A DNA stretch of 64,000 bases from Camelus dromedarius (GCF_036321535.1 NC_087447.1:48052001-48116000), one strand, 5' to 3'. Positions 24,691 through 38,637 are shown, numbered from the stretch's first letter. Translations and numbers: made by a program. Notes: generated by a model from the letters alone, not told the origin.

Positions 24691-25165
24691 ATAATCTCAG
24701 TCTCCTTGCCCTTCTGAGGAATATACTTACGTGCAACGTACCTAACTTGGATTTCAGATTGTCACCCTTTAGAAAAAAGAGTATGTTTAATTTCATAGAA
24801 TATAAGAATATTAACAGCAGGATGTTTTCCCTGTCCTCACTCTAGCATCTAATGCAACTATGTACATGATAGGCACAAAACAATAGCATTCAGTAAGGTT
24901 TTAACTGTTAAGAAGTATGCCTAGCCCCAATTCCTTCCAAGATAGTTAAGACTTGAGCCAACTTAGAAAAACACCTACTTTCCCCCATCTTACAGAGACT
25001 TTCCTTCACCCAACAGTATTAACTGAGCAGTTCTTAGGTGCCAGGCACCTTCTGGGTCAATGCAGGTACAGAGACAATGTTCCAGCCACTACCGAGCTCA
25101 TGGTAAAATAAGGAAGACAAATATCAAAACAGATTATTACAATATAGAAATTATTTGTTAATTTT

Positions 25166-25743
25166 TGTCTTATAGCTCCAAACTAATTTTTCATTGCCCT
25201 GCTCTGTGACAACGGATTGGACTCTGCATGCTACATTTCTTCTCTACTAGCAGGTTCATGTCAAGTTCTGCCAATAGAAGGTACTGGAAAGAGGCTACAA
25301 GGCTAAGGGAGAAAGAAAGGACTTTTTCTAGGGTTTGGGTTTTTTTTATAAGGCAGTAAGTAGATCTGTAAGTGGAGGGGTGTGGTAGATTTCAACTCAG
25401 TGGCTTTCCAGGTTCTGAGGCGAGTGTCCTCCAGGCACTGCACCACAGCAGCAAGCAGTACATTCCTATGACAGACACGTACTCTCCTCAGGAGTCTGAA
25501 TCTCAGCCTTGTGGAACTCTTTCTCTTAAGCTTCTAAATTTCTTCCTTGTTTGCTTTTGCCTCAGCCTTAGGGATGGTAGTCATTCTCTGCAGTTACCAC
25601 ATCTGTTACACCTTACAATTCTCTTTTTATCTCTTTTTGTATTTAACTACCTTTTACCTAGTTAACAATTCTTTATATTAAATTCTACCTGTTAAAATTA
25701 TTGGTGTAACTTCTATCATTTCATCTGGACCCTGACTGCTATA
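25166..25743 (+). mobile_element. Ancient ERVL solo LTR (LTR33-like)
   Basis: Begins TGT. Contains ttctgccaatagaagg...ctggaaagag. Ends attaaattctacctgttaaaattattggtgt...ctggaccctgactgctata, like the LTR33 terminus. Confidence 0.65.
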
Positions 25744-25984
25744 AGCAGGATAAATGCTTTGATACTGGCCATGGAGTCCAGCCTGCATATTTTACAAGTA
25801 AGAAAACTGCAGTTTCAAAGAATGGAATTAATCTGCTCAAGATCATATAGTAGTGTGACTCCTATATGCTGACTCTCAATAAATAATAAACAAGTATCAA
25901 ACACTTCCATGTCCTTGTTTGTCTGAACTCTGATTTTACCAATTTTACCCTCTCTGTGGAAGGCCACATATGAACAGACAGAAC

Positions 25985-26185
25985 AGCAAAAAGACAGAAC
26001 ACTAGGGTTTGAGTCAGACAATCTGAGATTAGGCCAAGCTTTACCTCTCAATTATGTGATATGAACAAGTCATTTAATCTTTCTGAACCTCAAATTGCCC
26101 TATCTATAAAATGGGAATAATCCTACCTGCTCTACTACCTGGTGGAATTAATATGAAGCTTAAAATAAAGAAGAGGTCATATGAA
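25985..26185 (+). mobile_element. MIR SINE
   Basis: gggtttgagtcagacaatctg...aagtcatttaatctttctgaacctc...atctataaaatgggaataa. Confidence 0.7.
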
Positions 26186-26769
26186 TGAAAACAAATTACT
26201 TGACAACCTATGAAATTTTATTATAACACCCTACTTGTATGGAATTCAGCAGTCTGATAACCTTGTCTTTCTGGAACACACAGAGAACTAGGAAGTAAGC
26301 AGAAAAAAGGTTCTTCAAAACCAAAATAACTGCTTTTAATTCTTCACACTTTACTACCAGTAGAGTCCCTTGGGCCTCACTCTTCCTTTAAAGACATATC
26401 TAATAAACTCAGTAATTTGGGAGCACCACATATAGTAGGTGAGAAGGAACAAAGTAAGAAAGGAAAACAATAACACTGTCTGTTGTGTTTCACAAACAGC
26501 AAGGAGAAAATGCAGAAAAAATTATTCCAAAACAATCACAAGAATGTAAAAAGCATAGTACTCCTCAGAAAAAGTGGCCTTTAGTTTTTGTTTTAAAGTA
26601 CAGCATCAGAGCAGTTAGCGTAGGATGCAAAAGCTCTCATGGGCATCAATGCAACACAAAAAGGTATAACTGATGTTCAAAATAATGAACTTGAATCTTA
26701 AGAAATATCAAATAGTATTCTGTCCATCCCAAAGAGGCGAGTATATAATGTATTTCAGACCAGATTTTG

Positions 26770-27415
26770 GGATTTTTTTTTAATAAGGCACAGAACCATA
26801 AAAATAAAGAAATGAGAAGAGCAATAGTTACAAAATACTGAAAGCCAGAAAGCAGATGAACGACCAGTAACTGACTTATCAGATCCAAGAAAGAATACTA
26901 TGCTAATAGTGGAAAAAAATCAGGAAGTTATTCAAGTTAACCTCTAGAACTCCCACAAGATTCAGAAACTGGTAGCACCATATTCAGGTTTTCTTTTCCC
27001 TCTGGAAAGGGTAAAATAGAGGATCTCTAGACAAGGGAATAGCACATACAATCGAAGGCAGGGTTACTATACTGAAATTAAGTGTTCGGTGAAGCGAATT
27101 TTGTAGCCCTCCCCACAGCCTCCTTCTACCACTCAGCTTCCAGACCACTGGCACCAGGCCTATAACCTCTAAGAAGGAGACTAGAGGATCCTTTCAGAGA
27201 ATCTGATCAGCCTTAGTGGAAAGACCTAAAGACACTGACATTGCAGTTGTCCCAAAAACAGCCCAGGCAGATCACCATTACAGTGAGGTCCAAAATCAGT
27301 AAGCTCCACCAAAGTATTTAAAATTTCCAATTAGCTTTTTAGTATCCCACTTTAAAATATAAACAATCAATGATCACCAGACATCTGGGGAAAGCTCCAA
27401 CATGAAAAGCAGAAT
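26770..27415 (+). mobile_element. Ancient L1M/HAL1 5'-region fragment
   Basis: Ends gatcaccagacatctggggaaagctccaacatgaaa, which is typical of the old L1M/HAL1 5'UTR-ORF1 boundary. Recognised from memory only. Confidence 0.5.
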
Positions 27416-30400
27416 TCAGATCCTATTTATATCAGAAGAAATTTGAGGATTCAAACGAAAAGTTATTTGAAAGAAAGCATAAGTATAGTAAGCATGCTTA
27501 TCTTGGCCAAAATTTCCCAATGATTAAAAATAAGATCAGATGGACTTATGCCATCAAACTGATAATAAATAGCTCTTTCCAAACTTTATAGTTCATTTTA
27601 CTAATGGCTATTCACTTCATCAGGGGTAAGAGTATGTACATAATAAAATATAATTTGCTAAGTCTGGCAAAGTGCTATATTCTATCTGAATTTATTTTTC
27701 TTATTCTAAAGATATCTGTTGTGAACGGATCTACATAAGGATGAACTGAGCACCCCAATGAAAGCAACAAAATAAACCAATGGGTCATAAATGCATTAAG
27801 AGACATCACTATGCCTACTAATCATTGATACTACATGTAGTTAGACTTCTGTATGTACAAAATTCTAGATGAACCAAGAGGTGGTAAGTCTCTCATCCCA
27901 TGTCATCTCACCTTCAGAAGTCAGCAAAGACTTTAAGAAAAACACCATGGTTGCAAACAGTCTTAAAAAGAGTACAAACTATCAAGTAAAACAGAAGAAT
28001 AAGAAAGACGGCAAGCACAGCATGGCAGAAAGACTATTATGGGCCAAAATATACATGAGGGTGGAGGGATTGAGAAGCTGCAAATAATGCAGTGTCAAAA
28101 GAACACAGGCAAGAGCAGTAGATGAGGCAGAGATCAGATCATGGAAGACCTTTTAAGTTACAGAGGAATTTGGACTCTAACCTGAAGGCAACTGGGAGCC
28201 AATGAGGAAATTTTAATAGCAAATTAAGATGACTAGATTTGAATCTTGGAAAAGATCACTCTGATGATAATATAACAGATGCTGGGGGTCGGAAGGGAAA
28301 GGCTGGTGGCTACAACATTCCAAGCTATGTACCAACTGTTCCCAAAAGGCAGTTTGCACACTTACAAACCCCAGGTTCTGCTTTCAGCTTACTGGGAAGC
28401 GGATTATTCTGAGAGACCAGCAGCTACCAGAGACACTCTAATAACCCCCCTGAGGAAACTAGCATCCCAACGCCTCTACCACCAGGTTCTTTCTTTTTCC
28501 CTCCTGAAGTCTTCTTTACAGGCACAGACTGTGTTATGTTACCTTGTATCCAAGTGTATTTCAGCCTGGTTTCAAGGAAGATATGCATTGGCCACAAGCC
28601 CTCCTAATTCCCAATGATTGTAGCAAATTTCAGCCACTTCTCAGAGTTATATTAAAATAACACATAGGTGTATACATTAATATACATATACACACAATCA
28701 TTTGTACCCGTCTGATTTCCCCACGTACACTCCTTAAGGAGATGAGAGGAAAGATGGAAGGGAATGCTTAATAAGCACCAACTTAATGCTTGATTCTTTA
28801 ATCTCTTATTTAATCCTCAGTGATTTCTCTCATTTCATCCCCACTATAACCTTGAGCAAAAAAGATATTTATACTCCCATTTTCAGAAATGAAGAAACTA
28901 TGGCTCAAAAAGATTAAATGGTTTATCAAGATCACAGAACCGGTGTAAGGCAAAGTTGAGATTTGAAGCCACGTGTGTATGGGTTTACCAAGGCTTTTCC
29001 ACTACCTTACACTAGGTTTCCCTAAATCTTATTTTATTCATTACTGAATCTCCACTTGGTCTGCTGAACTGCATTATACTAAGCCACTCAATAAACAGAT
29101 CAACAATCTGGAAAGGCAAACAGGAAAACAAGGTGCAAATGGAAAACTTGGACAATAGATTAAGGTACCCACCCCCACCGCAAAAAAAAAAAAAAAAAAA
29201 GCAGCAGCAACATCAATCTTAAAAAGTTCTTTGGAGCCCTAGGTCATACTGGCAAGTATAGAAATAGCCAAAACTCATGTTGACAGATCTCCACTTATAA
29301 TTTTATCTCCTGTTCAGTCAGTCCTAGCAGAGTGCCTGGTAAAATACTGCCTAGTCAGGCACACATCACAAATGAATTCCAATAAGCAGATGCAATCTCT
29401 CCCTGAGGCTTTCCCACTCTTACAAAACCACCAGGAACTGGAGAAAGCTTTTGTTCTCCATCTGAAAAACTGCCTACTAGCCCTTGGTGGTAAAGGGAAA
29501 TTGGGTTTGAGAAGCAGATGGCTTGTCAAAGAGCCTAAAACCTAAGGTGAAAAGGAAGCACTTACTAAAACCAAACATTCAAAATGAGGAATCACACTTC
29601 TCTCAGGCAACAGAGAGTACTGCCATGGTCATGACTTGCCCTCCAAACACAGGGTCCCCACAGCACTCGTAGGAGGAGCAGAAGTCACGACGTATAGACT
29701 AGCTCCAGCTGCACTGGTTCATAGATATCATCACAGGTTCATACTGACATTCTAGATTTTTCTAAAAGCAAGAATCACTTGTTTGCAATAACTGTGCTTG
29801 TTTATAGAGATTTCACTATGGAAGGATTCCTTCATGGGAAAAAAGTACTATTGTTAACAATTAGACACTCAATATAATAAGAGGAGAGAAAGGAACTTAA
29901 AGGTTAAATAAGATAATGTAAGTAAGGAGCCTAGAAATGGAGGTGTCACAAAGTAGATGTTTAAAGTGTCTGTGTTCAGCTGAACTGAAGAAGAGAAATT
30001 AGCATTTGTTTAGTACCTTCTGATAATTAAAAAATGACCTCAACAGCTTTCATATACTTTACCTCACTTAATCCGTAAAGCAATTCAAAACAAGTGTTAA
30101 TTATTCTCACTACAATATGTCAGAAGAGAGGGTCAAAAAAAATTAAGCAACTTACTTGGTCATTCAGTTATTAAGAGATAAAAAGTTGTGATCTGTTCAC
30201 GGTATCAGCAAGTTATAAAAAAAAATAATAATGCTATCTCATATTTGCTTTAAAGTTTTTCACTGCACAATAAAACATGTGGAGGTTAAACACTGGGCTG
30301 GGAATTTTAACACCTGAGTTCTACTCTTAACTGTGCCAAACTGCTATGCAGCTTAAACTAAGACTCTTCTCCTTTCTGGATTTTAATTTTCTCACCTAAC

Positions 30401-31439
30401 TCAACAGTGGTACAACATTTAACTTAAAGATGAGTTCAATTATCTTAAAACTCCAAGAATACTGAATACACAATCAAGACTCCTTATTGGACAAGAAATT
30501 CTCCCTTACTGCCCAGTGTCCACTCTGCTCTTCCTCTGGCTACATGGTCAGGATTAACAGCTCTCTTCCACCTGTCCATTAGCTACTTGTGAGCCAGAAG
30601 CATCCTTTATGGTACAGCTCACCACCTGTGCTGGATGCTTCATTAAGTGTAAAGCTTATACTGTAGTCTGCTGGAAGCTCGGTGCACAAATGTTACCTGG
30701 AGATGAATAAATCATTCCAGGTGTGCTGGGTTGCAACTGTAAGGGCAGCAGCTGTGGGTCTGAAAACAGATGGCCTTACAAGAATGGAGGACTTGGCTCC
30801 TATCTGATTTTCCTAAGGCAAGCAGGTTTGGGTCAGCAGGAAGCCTAGCGGGGAAATGCCTGAGTAGAGTTAGCAGCCAGTGAATAGGAAAAGTGACAAG
30901 AGATGCACATGCAGTTTCTTTACATAATAAGTGAATATATCAGAGGCTGCAATTACCAGAAACTCAACCCCTTATTTTGTACCTACTCATCAACTTCTAA
31001 ATTATTTTCTTTTCAGTCCAATACTTTCTTCCTTGATTTCAATACAAAGGTAAAATCAGGAAGAGTGCTTAGCATAGCCTGGGCATAGGAACAGAACTTT
31101 AAGGTCTGCTGACTAAAACAATTTGAAAAACAGAGGAAAACAAACTGAACTTACTGGATAACAGTGTAATGACTATTTAGGACACAGCTGATAATAGATG
31201 TTCAGTAAATATTTGCTTAATAAAATAATGTGCCAGGCAACATTCTAGATATTTTACACATAGTCTCTCATTTAATTCTAAAAACAGCCTTTGTTTATCA
31301 TCTCCATCTTGCAGATAAGGAAATTAAAACTCAGAAAAGTCAGGTACTCTGCCCAGAGTCACACAGTAAATTAAGTGACAGGAGTCAAAAATGACCGCCC
31401 CCCCCACCCCCGCCAGCTAAATAATTCCAAAGCTCTATG

Positions 31440-31865
31440 CATTTTGTTTGTCAACCTCCTGCCCTACCAAATGGCCTTTTTGCTGTTCTTCAAACACATC
31501 TAGCTCATTCCTACCTCTAGATCTTTCTGATTGCTATTTCCTCTATCTTCCACATCTTCTCACTGTTTTCTACTTTAGATCATTCAGGGCTCTGCTCAAA
31601 CACCACCTCTTCAGAGAGGCTTTTCTTGATTATTCCCCCAAAATATACTGTTTCCTTATCTTGCTTTATTTTTTATTATGGTACTAGCACTATATTATTT
31701 ATTAGTTAGTTTATTTGTTTTTTTACTGCCAGTCTCTCCTACCAGAATGAAAGATTTTTGAGGACAAGGGCTTTGTTATGGTCATGATTGTATCCCCAGT
31801 GCTTAGAACAGTGATTAGTACATTGCAAGTGCTCAACAAATATTCAATGAATCAATGAGTGAATT
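31440..31865 (+). mobile_element. L2 LINE 3' fragment
   Basis: cacctcttcagagaggcttttct...gtatccccagtgcttagaacagtg...gtgctcaacaaatattcaatgaatcaatgagtgaa. Confidence 0.8.
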
Positions 31866-31924
31866 CTATGTGATCAAAATCACAGAGCTCTAGAATACCA
31901 GTGTAAAAAAGTAGTTGTTACTGA

Positions 31925-32130
31925 GTATAAAAAGCAAAGGCTTTGAGATTAGGCAGATCTGGTTTCAAGTCTCGGACTATAAGTGTGTGACTTTGGACAA
32001 GCCTCTAAACTTCTTTAATTTTCTCATCTGTAAAATGGGTATAAAAATGTAAGTCCCATAGATTTCTCATGATGATTAAATGCAATAAACACATGAAAAT
32101 GCTTTGCGCAAACTGTAACATCTTATATAA
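31925..32130 (+). mobile_element. MIR SINE
   Basis: ggctttgagattaggcagatctggtttcaag...ttctcatctgtaaaatggg...gattaaatg. Confidence 0.8.
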
Positions 32131-32329
32131 ATGTATGATGGGATGAGAAATTATGACAATGAGGAAAAGTTTAGTGACCAATCTAGTTGAGACTTTAACT
32201 TCAGAGATCACAAGGCCCAAAAAGGTAAGTGAACTATCCAATGTTCCACAGTTATTTGAAACTAAACAATGATTAGACTCTAGGATTCCAGGCAACCAGG
32301 CTGGGACACTTGCCCTTAGCCTCACAAAT

Positions 32330-33600
32330 TATTTGACCTCTGGTATTCTGCTTTCTCTTGATTCTTCTTGCATCTCACTGGTTACTCCTTTGATCTTCTC
32401 AACCTTCCCAATGTCATAACGTCCAGAGCTCAAACGTCAGATCTCTTCTCTGCCCCAGCTACACACATTTCTTGGGTGATCCCATCTACTCCATGGCTTT
32501 ACACATACTAATGACTCCCAGATTTACATCTCTGACCTGGACTTCTCTGAATTCCAGACTTATATATCCAATTGCCTACCCAACAGCTCCTTTTGGTTTT
32601 CTAATAGCCATCTTAAATGTAATATATCTAAAACCAAACACAAACCTGCTCCTCACAGTCTTTCCCATCTCTATAAATGGCAACTCCAATCTTACAATTG
32701 CTCAAGGCAAAAACTTTTCATTGACCACTTTCTTAATCTCATAATACTCATTCAATCAACAAATTCTGTCAGCTCTACTTTCAAAACAAACCCTGATTCC
32801 AACAATTTCTTACCACCTCGACTGCTACCACACAGTTTCAAGCTTCCTTTTTCTAACTCTTATAACAGCCTACTATCTGATACCCTTGCTTCTGCCATTG
32901 CCATCTATCTATCCCCTATCCTTCTCTTCTCAGAAGTCAAAATGATCTTTTCAAATTCAATTCAGATCATGTAACTCCACTCTGTTCAAAACCCTGCAAT
33001 GGCTTCTCATCTCAATCAGAATAAAAAACAAGGTTATTACCATTGCCTACAAGACACCATGTAATCTGGCTCCCTTCTACCTATCTGATCTTCTCCCCTA
33101 CCATTAACCTCTTTGCTCACTATACCTCAGCCACGCTGCAGTAAAACTAAATGTTAACACCAGTATTCATTGTTTGGAAACCACTCTGATGTAGCCAAAA
33201 GCATAGACCAAGCAGAACATACAAACCTTGGATACATTTTTTCCCTTCCTGTTGTTCATTGATAAACCAATCACAACGAGTTTTAGAGATTGAGCATTTA
33301 TAGTTCTCTCTGCCTAAAGCATTATTCCCTCAAACTATCAATATGATAGTATTCCTTTATATTTCATTAGATACCTACTCAAATTTCACCTCACCAGAAA
33401 GGCCTAGGTTAATCAACCATATCCAAAACAGACCCCTCCCTTTCAATAACTCCCTTTCCCCATTTGTTGCCTAATTTTTCATACCTCTGCCTACTAGAAT
33501 GTCACTGAAATCAGGGATTTTGATTTATTCACTGCTATATCCCCGGTGCCAAGATCAAATTGTATGTGCTCTATAATCCACACTAATCAATTCAACCATT
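32330..33600 (+). mobile_element. L2 LINE fragment
   Basis: catggcttta...tgactcccagatttacatctc...ctccagact-like; cagatcatgt...ttcaaaaccctgcaatggcttctcat; ttcactgctatatccccggtgcc. Confidence 0.75.
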
Positions 33601-33841
33601 AATTATTTTTCAATTATTATCTTATGTCCTCAATCTGGCTTTCCCCTAAACAGACTGAATACTATTTTCAAATGAAATATCTCTCTCTTCTGGATATTCT
33701 CTCTGAGGATCTTCAATTCAACTAGTGATAGTGTAAAAGTAACTAAAAAAGGAGAGAAAGATAAGATGAAACCATATTTTTCTTCCCTTTGGAATCCTCT
33801 TATAATCAATAGATCAGCAAGTATTAATAAGCACCTTTTGG

Positions 33842-33998
33842 GGGTGAAGGCATAGCTCAAGTGGTAGAGCACATGCTTGGCGTGCTTGAGGCCCTGGGTT
33901 CAATCCCCAGTACCTTCTCTAAAAATAAATAAACCTAATTACCTCCCCCCATCAAGATAAAATAAAATAAAATGATACAATAGTAAATTTTTTAAAAA
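33842..33998 (+). mobile_element. Vic-1-type SINE
   Basis: gggtgaaggcatagctcaagtggtagagc...gggttcaatccccagtacc plus A-rich tail. Perfect TSD AAGCACCTTTTGG at 33829-33841 and 33999-34011. Confidence 0.95.
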
Positions 33999-34089
33999 AA
34001 GCACCTTTTGGTACAAAGCACCATCTTATTAAAGAAGGATATTACCTAGCTATATAGTAAAACATAGAGAGATACATAAAAATAGTAAC

Positions 34090-34885
34090 AAGATGGACAA
34101 TAAGCAAATGAAAAGATACGCAGCATCATTAGCCATCAGGGAAATGCAAATCAAATCACAATGAGATATCACACACTTCCCATTCACTAGGATGGCCAAA
34201 ATCAAAGACTAATGGTGGAGAGGATGTGGAGGAACTAGAACCCTCATACACTGCTGGGGCGAATAAAATGGTCAGCCACTTTAGAAAACAGTCTGGAGTT
34301 CCTCAGAGTTAAACATAAGGTTACCATATAATCCAGAAATTCCAATCCTAGAATTCATTTCCTCTAAGAGAAATGCAAACATATACCCACATGAAAACTT
34401 CATATACAAATGTTCACAGCAGCACTACTCATAATAGCTAAAAAGTAGAAACTCCCCAAATGTCTATTAACTGATGAACAATTATGGTATATCCATACAA
34501 TGGAATATTCTGTAATAAAAAGGAATGAATTATCAATATATGCTACAGCATGGATTAAACTTGAGAACATTACACTAAATAAAAGAAGTCTGGTCATAAA
34601 AAGCCACATACTATATGATAATTTTTTATATGAAGTATCCAGAATAAGCAAACCTACTGCAGAAAATAGATTACTGGTTGCCTAAGGCTGGAAAAGATGG
34701 GAGACATACGGGGTGACTGCTAAAGGGTACATGTTTCTCTTTGGGGTAATGAAATGTTCTAAAATTGACTGTGATGATGGTTGCACAACTCTGTGAATAT
34801 AGCAAAAGCAGTGAATTGTACACTTAAAATGGGAAAATTGTATGACAGGCAGATTATGGCTCAATAATGCTGTAGTTCAAAAGAA
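34090..34885 (+). mobile_element. Old L1MB-type 3' fragment
   Basis: catcagggaaatgcaaatcaaa...; ORF 34500-34685 (MEYSVIKRNEL...ATAWIKLENITL); 3'UTR gaattgtacacttaaaatgg...ctcaataa. Confidence 0.88.
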
Positions 34886-35884
34886 AACTTAAAAGTGTAA
34901 TTTGGGTTTTATTTTAGGTTCCATTTATCAATATTCTTACCATTCACATTCAACTTAACACTTATTAAGGGCTAGATAACTCTTAGTTTATTTTACTTAA
35001 TACAACCAAGAAGGCTGTGAGGTAGGAGTTATCAACTCACCCATTTTGCAGGTAAGAAACTCACAGTTCATAAAAATTAAATGATTTAAGAGCTACAGTA
35101 AATTATCAGAGACAGGAGTTGATCCTGCATTCACAATCTCCAAATCTATGGCTTTTTGCACCTCTCATTCCCAACTTCTTGTTAGTAAGCATAATTAAGA
35201 CTTAGCTATAGCACTTACTCATCAAAGCTATGAATTAATAAACTAAGGACTAAGAGATCATAAGAACACAGATTTATAACCACAGATTAAGAAAATGATT
35301 ACCAAAACTGTGTATCATAAAATCCAATATCCCTGTGTTTAATTACTTGGTTATCAGTGCTCTGCTACATGAAAAGAGGGGGCTGGCTGGATCTGATTCT
35401 TAAGGTCACCTACGTGGGGTAAAAACAGAAAGAGAGAAAAAGAAAGAAAAAAAGTCCACAGCATTCCTCAGCAAACCAATCAAGAGCTATAAGCACTTCG
35501 GAATGGTTTACAACTCACTTTGGCCATTCTTGAAACAAGACATCTGAATGACACTACCAAAAAGCACTTACTAAAAAGCTAGCTGTGACAAGGAAGGTTT
35601 TTTTGGGTGATAGAACCGTTCTGTACCTTGACTATGGTAGTGGTTAACACAAATCTATGCATTATTAAAATTCAAAGAATTTTATGACATAAAATGGGCA
35701 ACTTTATTGCTAACTTAAAAGTAAAATTTAAGAAAAACTGCCAATTAAAAAATAAGCTTTTATGCATCCAAAATCACTATCAAAGAGTAAAAAGGCAACC
35801 TACATAATGGGGAAATATTTGCAAATCATATATTGATAAGAGATTAATATCCAGAGTATGTACAGAACTGCTAAAACTCAACAA

Positions 35885-35964
35885 TAAATCACTTTGCTGT
35901 ACATGTGAAACTAACATTGTAAATCAACTACCCTTCAATAAAAATTAAAATTAAAAAAAAAAAC
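35885..35964 (+). mobile_element. About 80-bp L1 terminal insertion nested in the older L1
   Basis: aatcactttgctgtacatgtgaaactaacattgtaaatcaactacccttcaataaaa plus A-tail. TSD core ACTCAACAA at 35876-35884 and 35965-35973. Confidence 0.85.
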
Positions 35965-36004
35965 ACTCAACAACAACAAAAAACCTGATTCAAAAATGGG
36001 CAAA

Positions 36005-36122
36005 GGTGGGGAGGGTATAGCTAAGTGGTAGAGTGCATACTTAGCACGCACAGGGTCCTGGGTTCAATCCCCAGTCCCTCAATTAAAAAACAAAAAAATA
36101 CACCATTGAGTACTAAAAAAAA
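36005..36122 (+). mobile_element. Vic-1-type SINE nested in L1
   Basis: ggtgggagggtatagctaagtggtagagtgcatacttagc...ggtcctgggttcaatccccagt. Flanks aaaaatgggcaaa and aaaaaaggcaag form a degenerate TSD. Confidence 0.92.
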
Positions 36123-37029
36123 AAAAAGGCAAGAAATTTGAAAATGTCTCCAAAGATACACAAATGGTCAAAAAGCACTGAAAAGATGCTCAATATCACT
36201 AACCATTAGGGAAATGCAAATCAAAACCACAATGAGATACCATCTGACACTTGTTAGGATGGCTATTACCAAGAAAAACAGAAAACAGTAAGTGTTGGTC
36301 AGGATGTGGAGAAACTGGAATTCCTGTGCATTGTCGGTGGGAATGTAAAAGGGTATATATAGCTGCTGTGAAAGACACTACAGTGCTTCTTTAAAAAATT
36401 TAAACACAGAATTACCATATGATCTAGCAACTCCACTTCTGAGCATATACTCAGAAGAACTAAAAGTAGGGTCTCAAAGAGATATCTGTACACCTGTGTT
36501 CACAGCAACATTATTCACAATAGCTAAAACATGGAATCAACCCAAGTACCCAACAATGATGACGGGTTAAGCAAAATTTGGTGTGTATATACAATGGAAT
36601 ATTATTCAGCCATAAAAAGGAAGGAAATTCTGACACATATTACAACATGGATGAACCTTGAGGACATCATGCTAAGTGAAATAAGCGAGTCACAAAAGAC
36701 AAATACTGTATGATTTCACTTACATGAGGTACTTCAGAGTAGTCAAAATCACACAGAAAGCAGAATGGTGGTTGCCAGGGGTTGGGGTAGGGGGCAATAC
36801 GGAGTTGTTCAATGTGTATAGAGTTTCAGTCTTGCAAGGTGAAGAGAGTTCTGGAGATGGATGGTGAGAAAGTTGCATAAGAATATGAATGTACTTAATG
36901 TCACTGAATTGTACACTTAAAAATGGTTAAGATGGTCAGTTTTATGATACGTGTTTTTTGCCACTATTTAGTTATTTATAAATAAATAAGCATATGTGGT
37001 AATGTTACTTCAGGTAAAATTATAATAGC

Positions 37030-37240
37030 TAGTGTTTACTAAATAAATGCTTACTATGAGCAAGCACATTATCTCAACAGACTGACCATGATTTCGACTA
37101 TTGTGGCCTCTCTTTCACAAATGAGAAGTCTGAGCCTAGTAAGGTCAACCCACTTGCTCAAGATCACATAGCCAGTTAACTGAGACTGAATTCAAACTCA
37201 GGCAGTCTGACTCCAAAGCCCAGGCCCTTAATCACTATAC
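37030..37240 (-). mobile_element. MIR SINE
   Basis: tttcacaaatgagaagtctgag...acttgctcaagatcacatagcc...attcaaactcaggcagtctgactccaaagccc. Confidence 0.85.
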
Positions 37241-37531
37241 TAGAACACAACACAATATATAAAATATTGCAGAGAAAAGTTGATAAACATAACTACTCAG
37301 GCTAGTCCTGATGACCTAAGCTTTCAACTGAAAAGAACTCCAATAGAAGAAGACATACTATACAACCAATATAGCAGATTAGAAGCATGGTGGAAACATC
37401 AAGATTATTCTTATAAAAAATGCTCATAATTAAATGTAGCTGGCTCTAGACTCTCCCTTTGGAGCCACACCCTAGTGCAGCCCACAAAAGAAAGAGCAAA
37501 ATAATGACAGTTCTAGATCATCACAGGCAGG

Positions 37532-37533
<2 letters not shown>

Positions 37534-37573
<40 letters not shown>
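37534..37573. repeat. (AC)n microsatellite
   Basis: About 20 perfect AC units. Confidence 0.97.
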
Positions 37574-37575
<2 letters not shown>

Positions 37576-38597
37576 CTCTACTAAGACCCCAGCTTCTGGC
37601 ATCCCAATTTCAATATTGCCCTCCAATATTGTCAGATTCAAGTGCCACCATTCTACTTTGTGGCACTTTATACTTCTGAGTAGTTTTCATACTTGCCCTG
37701 GGCAAAGGACTCTCTGCTTTAGCCCAAGGCTCTGCAGAACAAATACCACACTCTATCTCCTCTTCACAAATGGATGCTAGAACTTAACCCTATGCCCAAC
37801 ACTATGCAAATCTCCCTTGTTTATACTTAGTTCTTTATTCCCTCATGCTTAATAGTTTATAAGACATTATTGCTTATTTATCTGAAAAGCAGAAACTTAA
37901 AGAAAAAAAGGCAGCACAATAAGCCAAACTAAAGTGTCAAAGGCATGAAGGAGGCCTCAAGAGGAGCTTCAGTATGGATGAGATGACAGTGACAGAATTA
38001 ACTTCCTAACTTTCTGCATAATCAGGCCCTACTATTCAAGTGAACATGTGTTCCTTTCTCTCCTGTTGCTTCTATCAAATAAACATAATATATCAAATGA
38101 TAAATATACCTGTTAGCTATATTTATTAAACCCTAGATCAGATTTATTTTTTATTCTTATTTTTTATTGAAGTATAGTTGACTTACAATGCTAGTTTCAG
38201 GTGTACAGCAAAGCGATTCAGTTATACATATATATATATTTTTCCAGTTTCTTTTCCCTTACAGCTCATTGCAAGAAATTGAATATAGTTCCCTGTCCTA
38301 TACAGTAGGTCCTTGTCATTTCTATTTTATATATAGTAATACATATTTGTTAATCCCAAACTCCTATAATCTATCCCTCTCCCCTCCTTCCCCCATAATC
38401 AGTTTTCTTTGTCTGTGAGTCTATTTCTGGCTTGTAAATAAAAAAAAATTTTTCTCAGATTCCACATATAAGCCACATCATATGATATGTGTCTTTGTCT
38501 GACTTACTTCACTTAATATGATAATCTCTAGGTCCATCCATGTTGCTGCAAATGGCATTATTTCATTCTTTTTTATGACTGAGTAATATTCCATTAT

Positions 38598-38599
<2 letters not shown>

Positions 38600-38637
<38 letters not shown>

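Larger units (their letters stand above)
35740..36990 (+). mobile_element. Old L1MB-type fragment hosting two younger insertions
   Basis: ORF2 C-terminus (36531-36713 MEYYSAIKRKEILTHITTWMNLEDIMLSEIS) and 3'UTR ending cacttaaaaatggttaagatgg. Confidence 0.9.

Noticed and set aside
33842..33915. tRNA-Ala-like sequences (also 7560-7633, 12865-12944, 36005-36080, 39565-39636) as tRNA genes
   Set aside because: They have mismatched stems, SINE tails and (in most copies) TSDs, so they are SINE heads.
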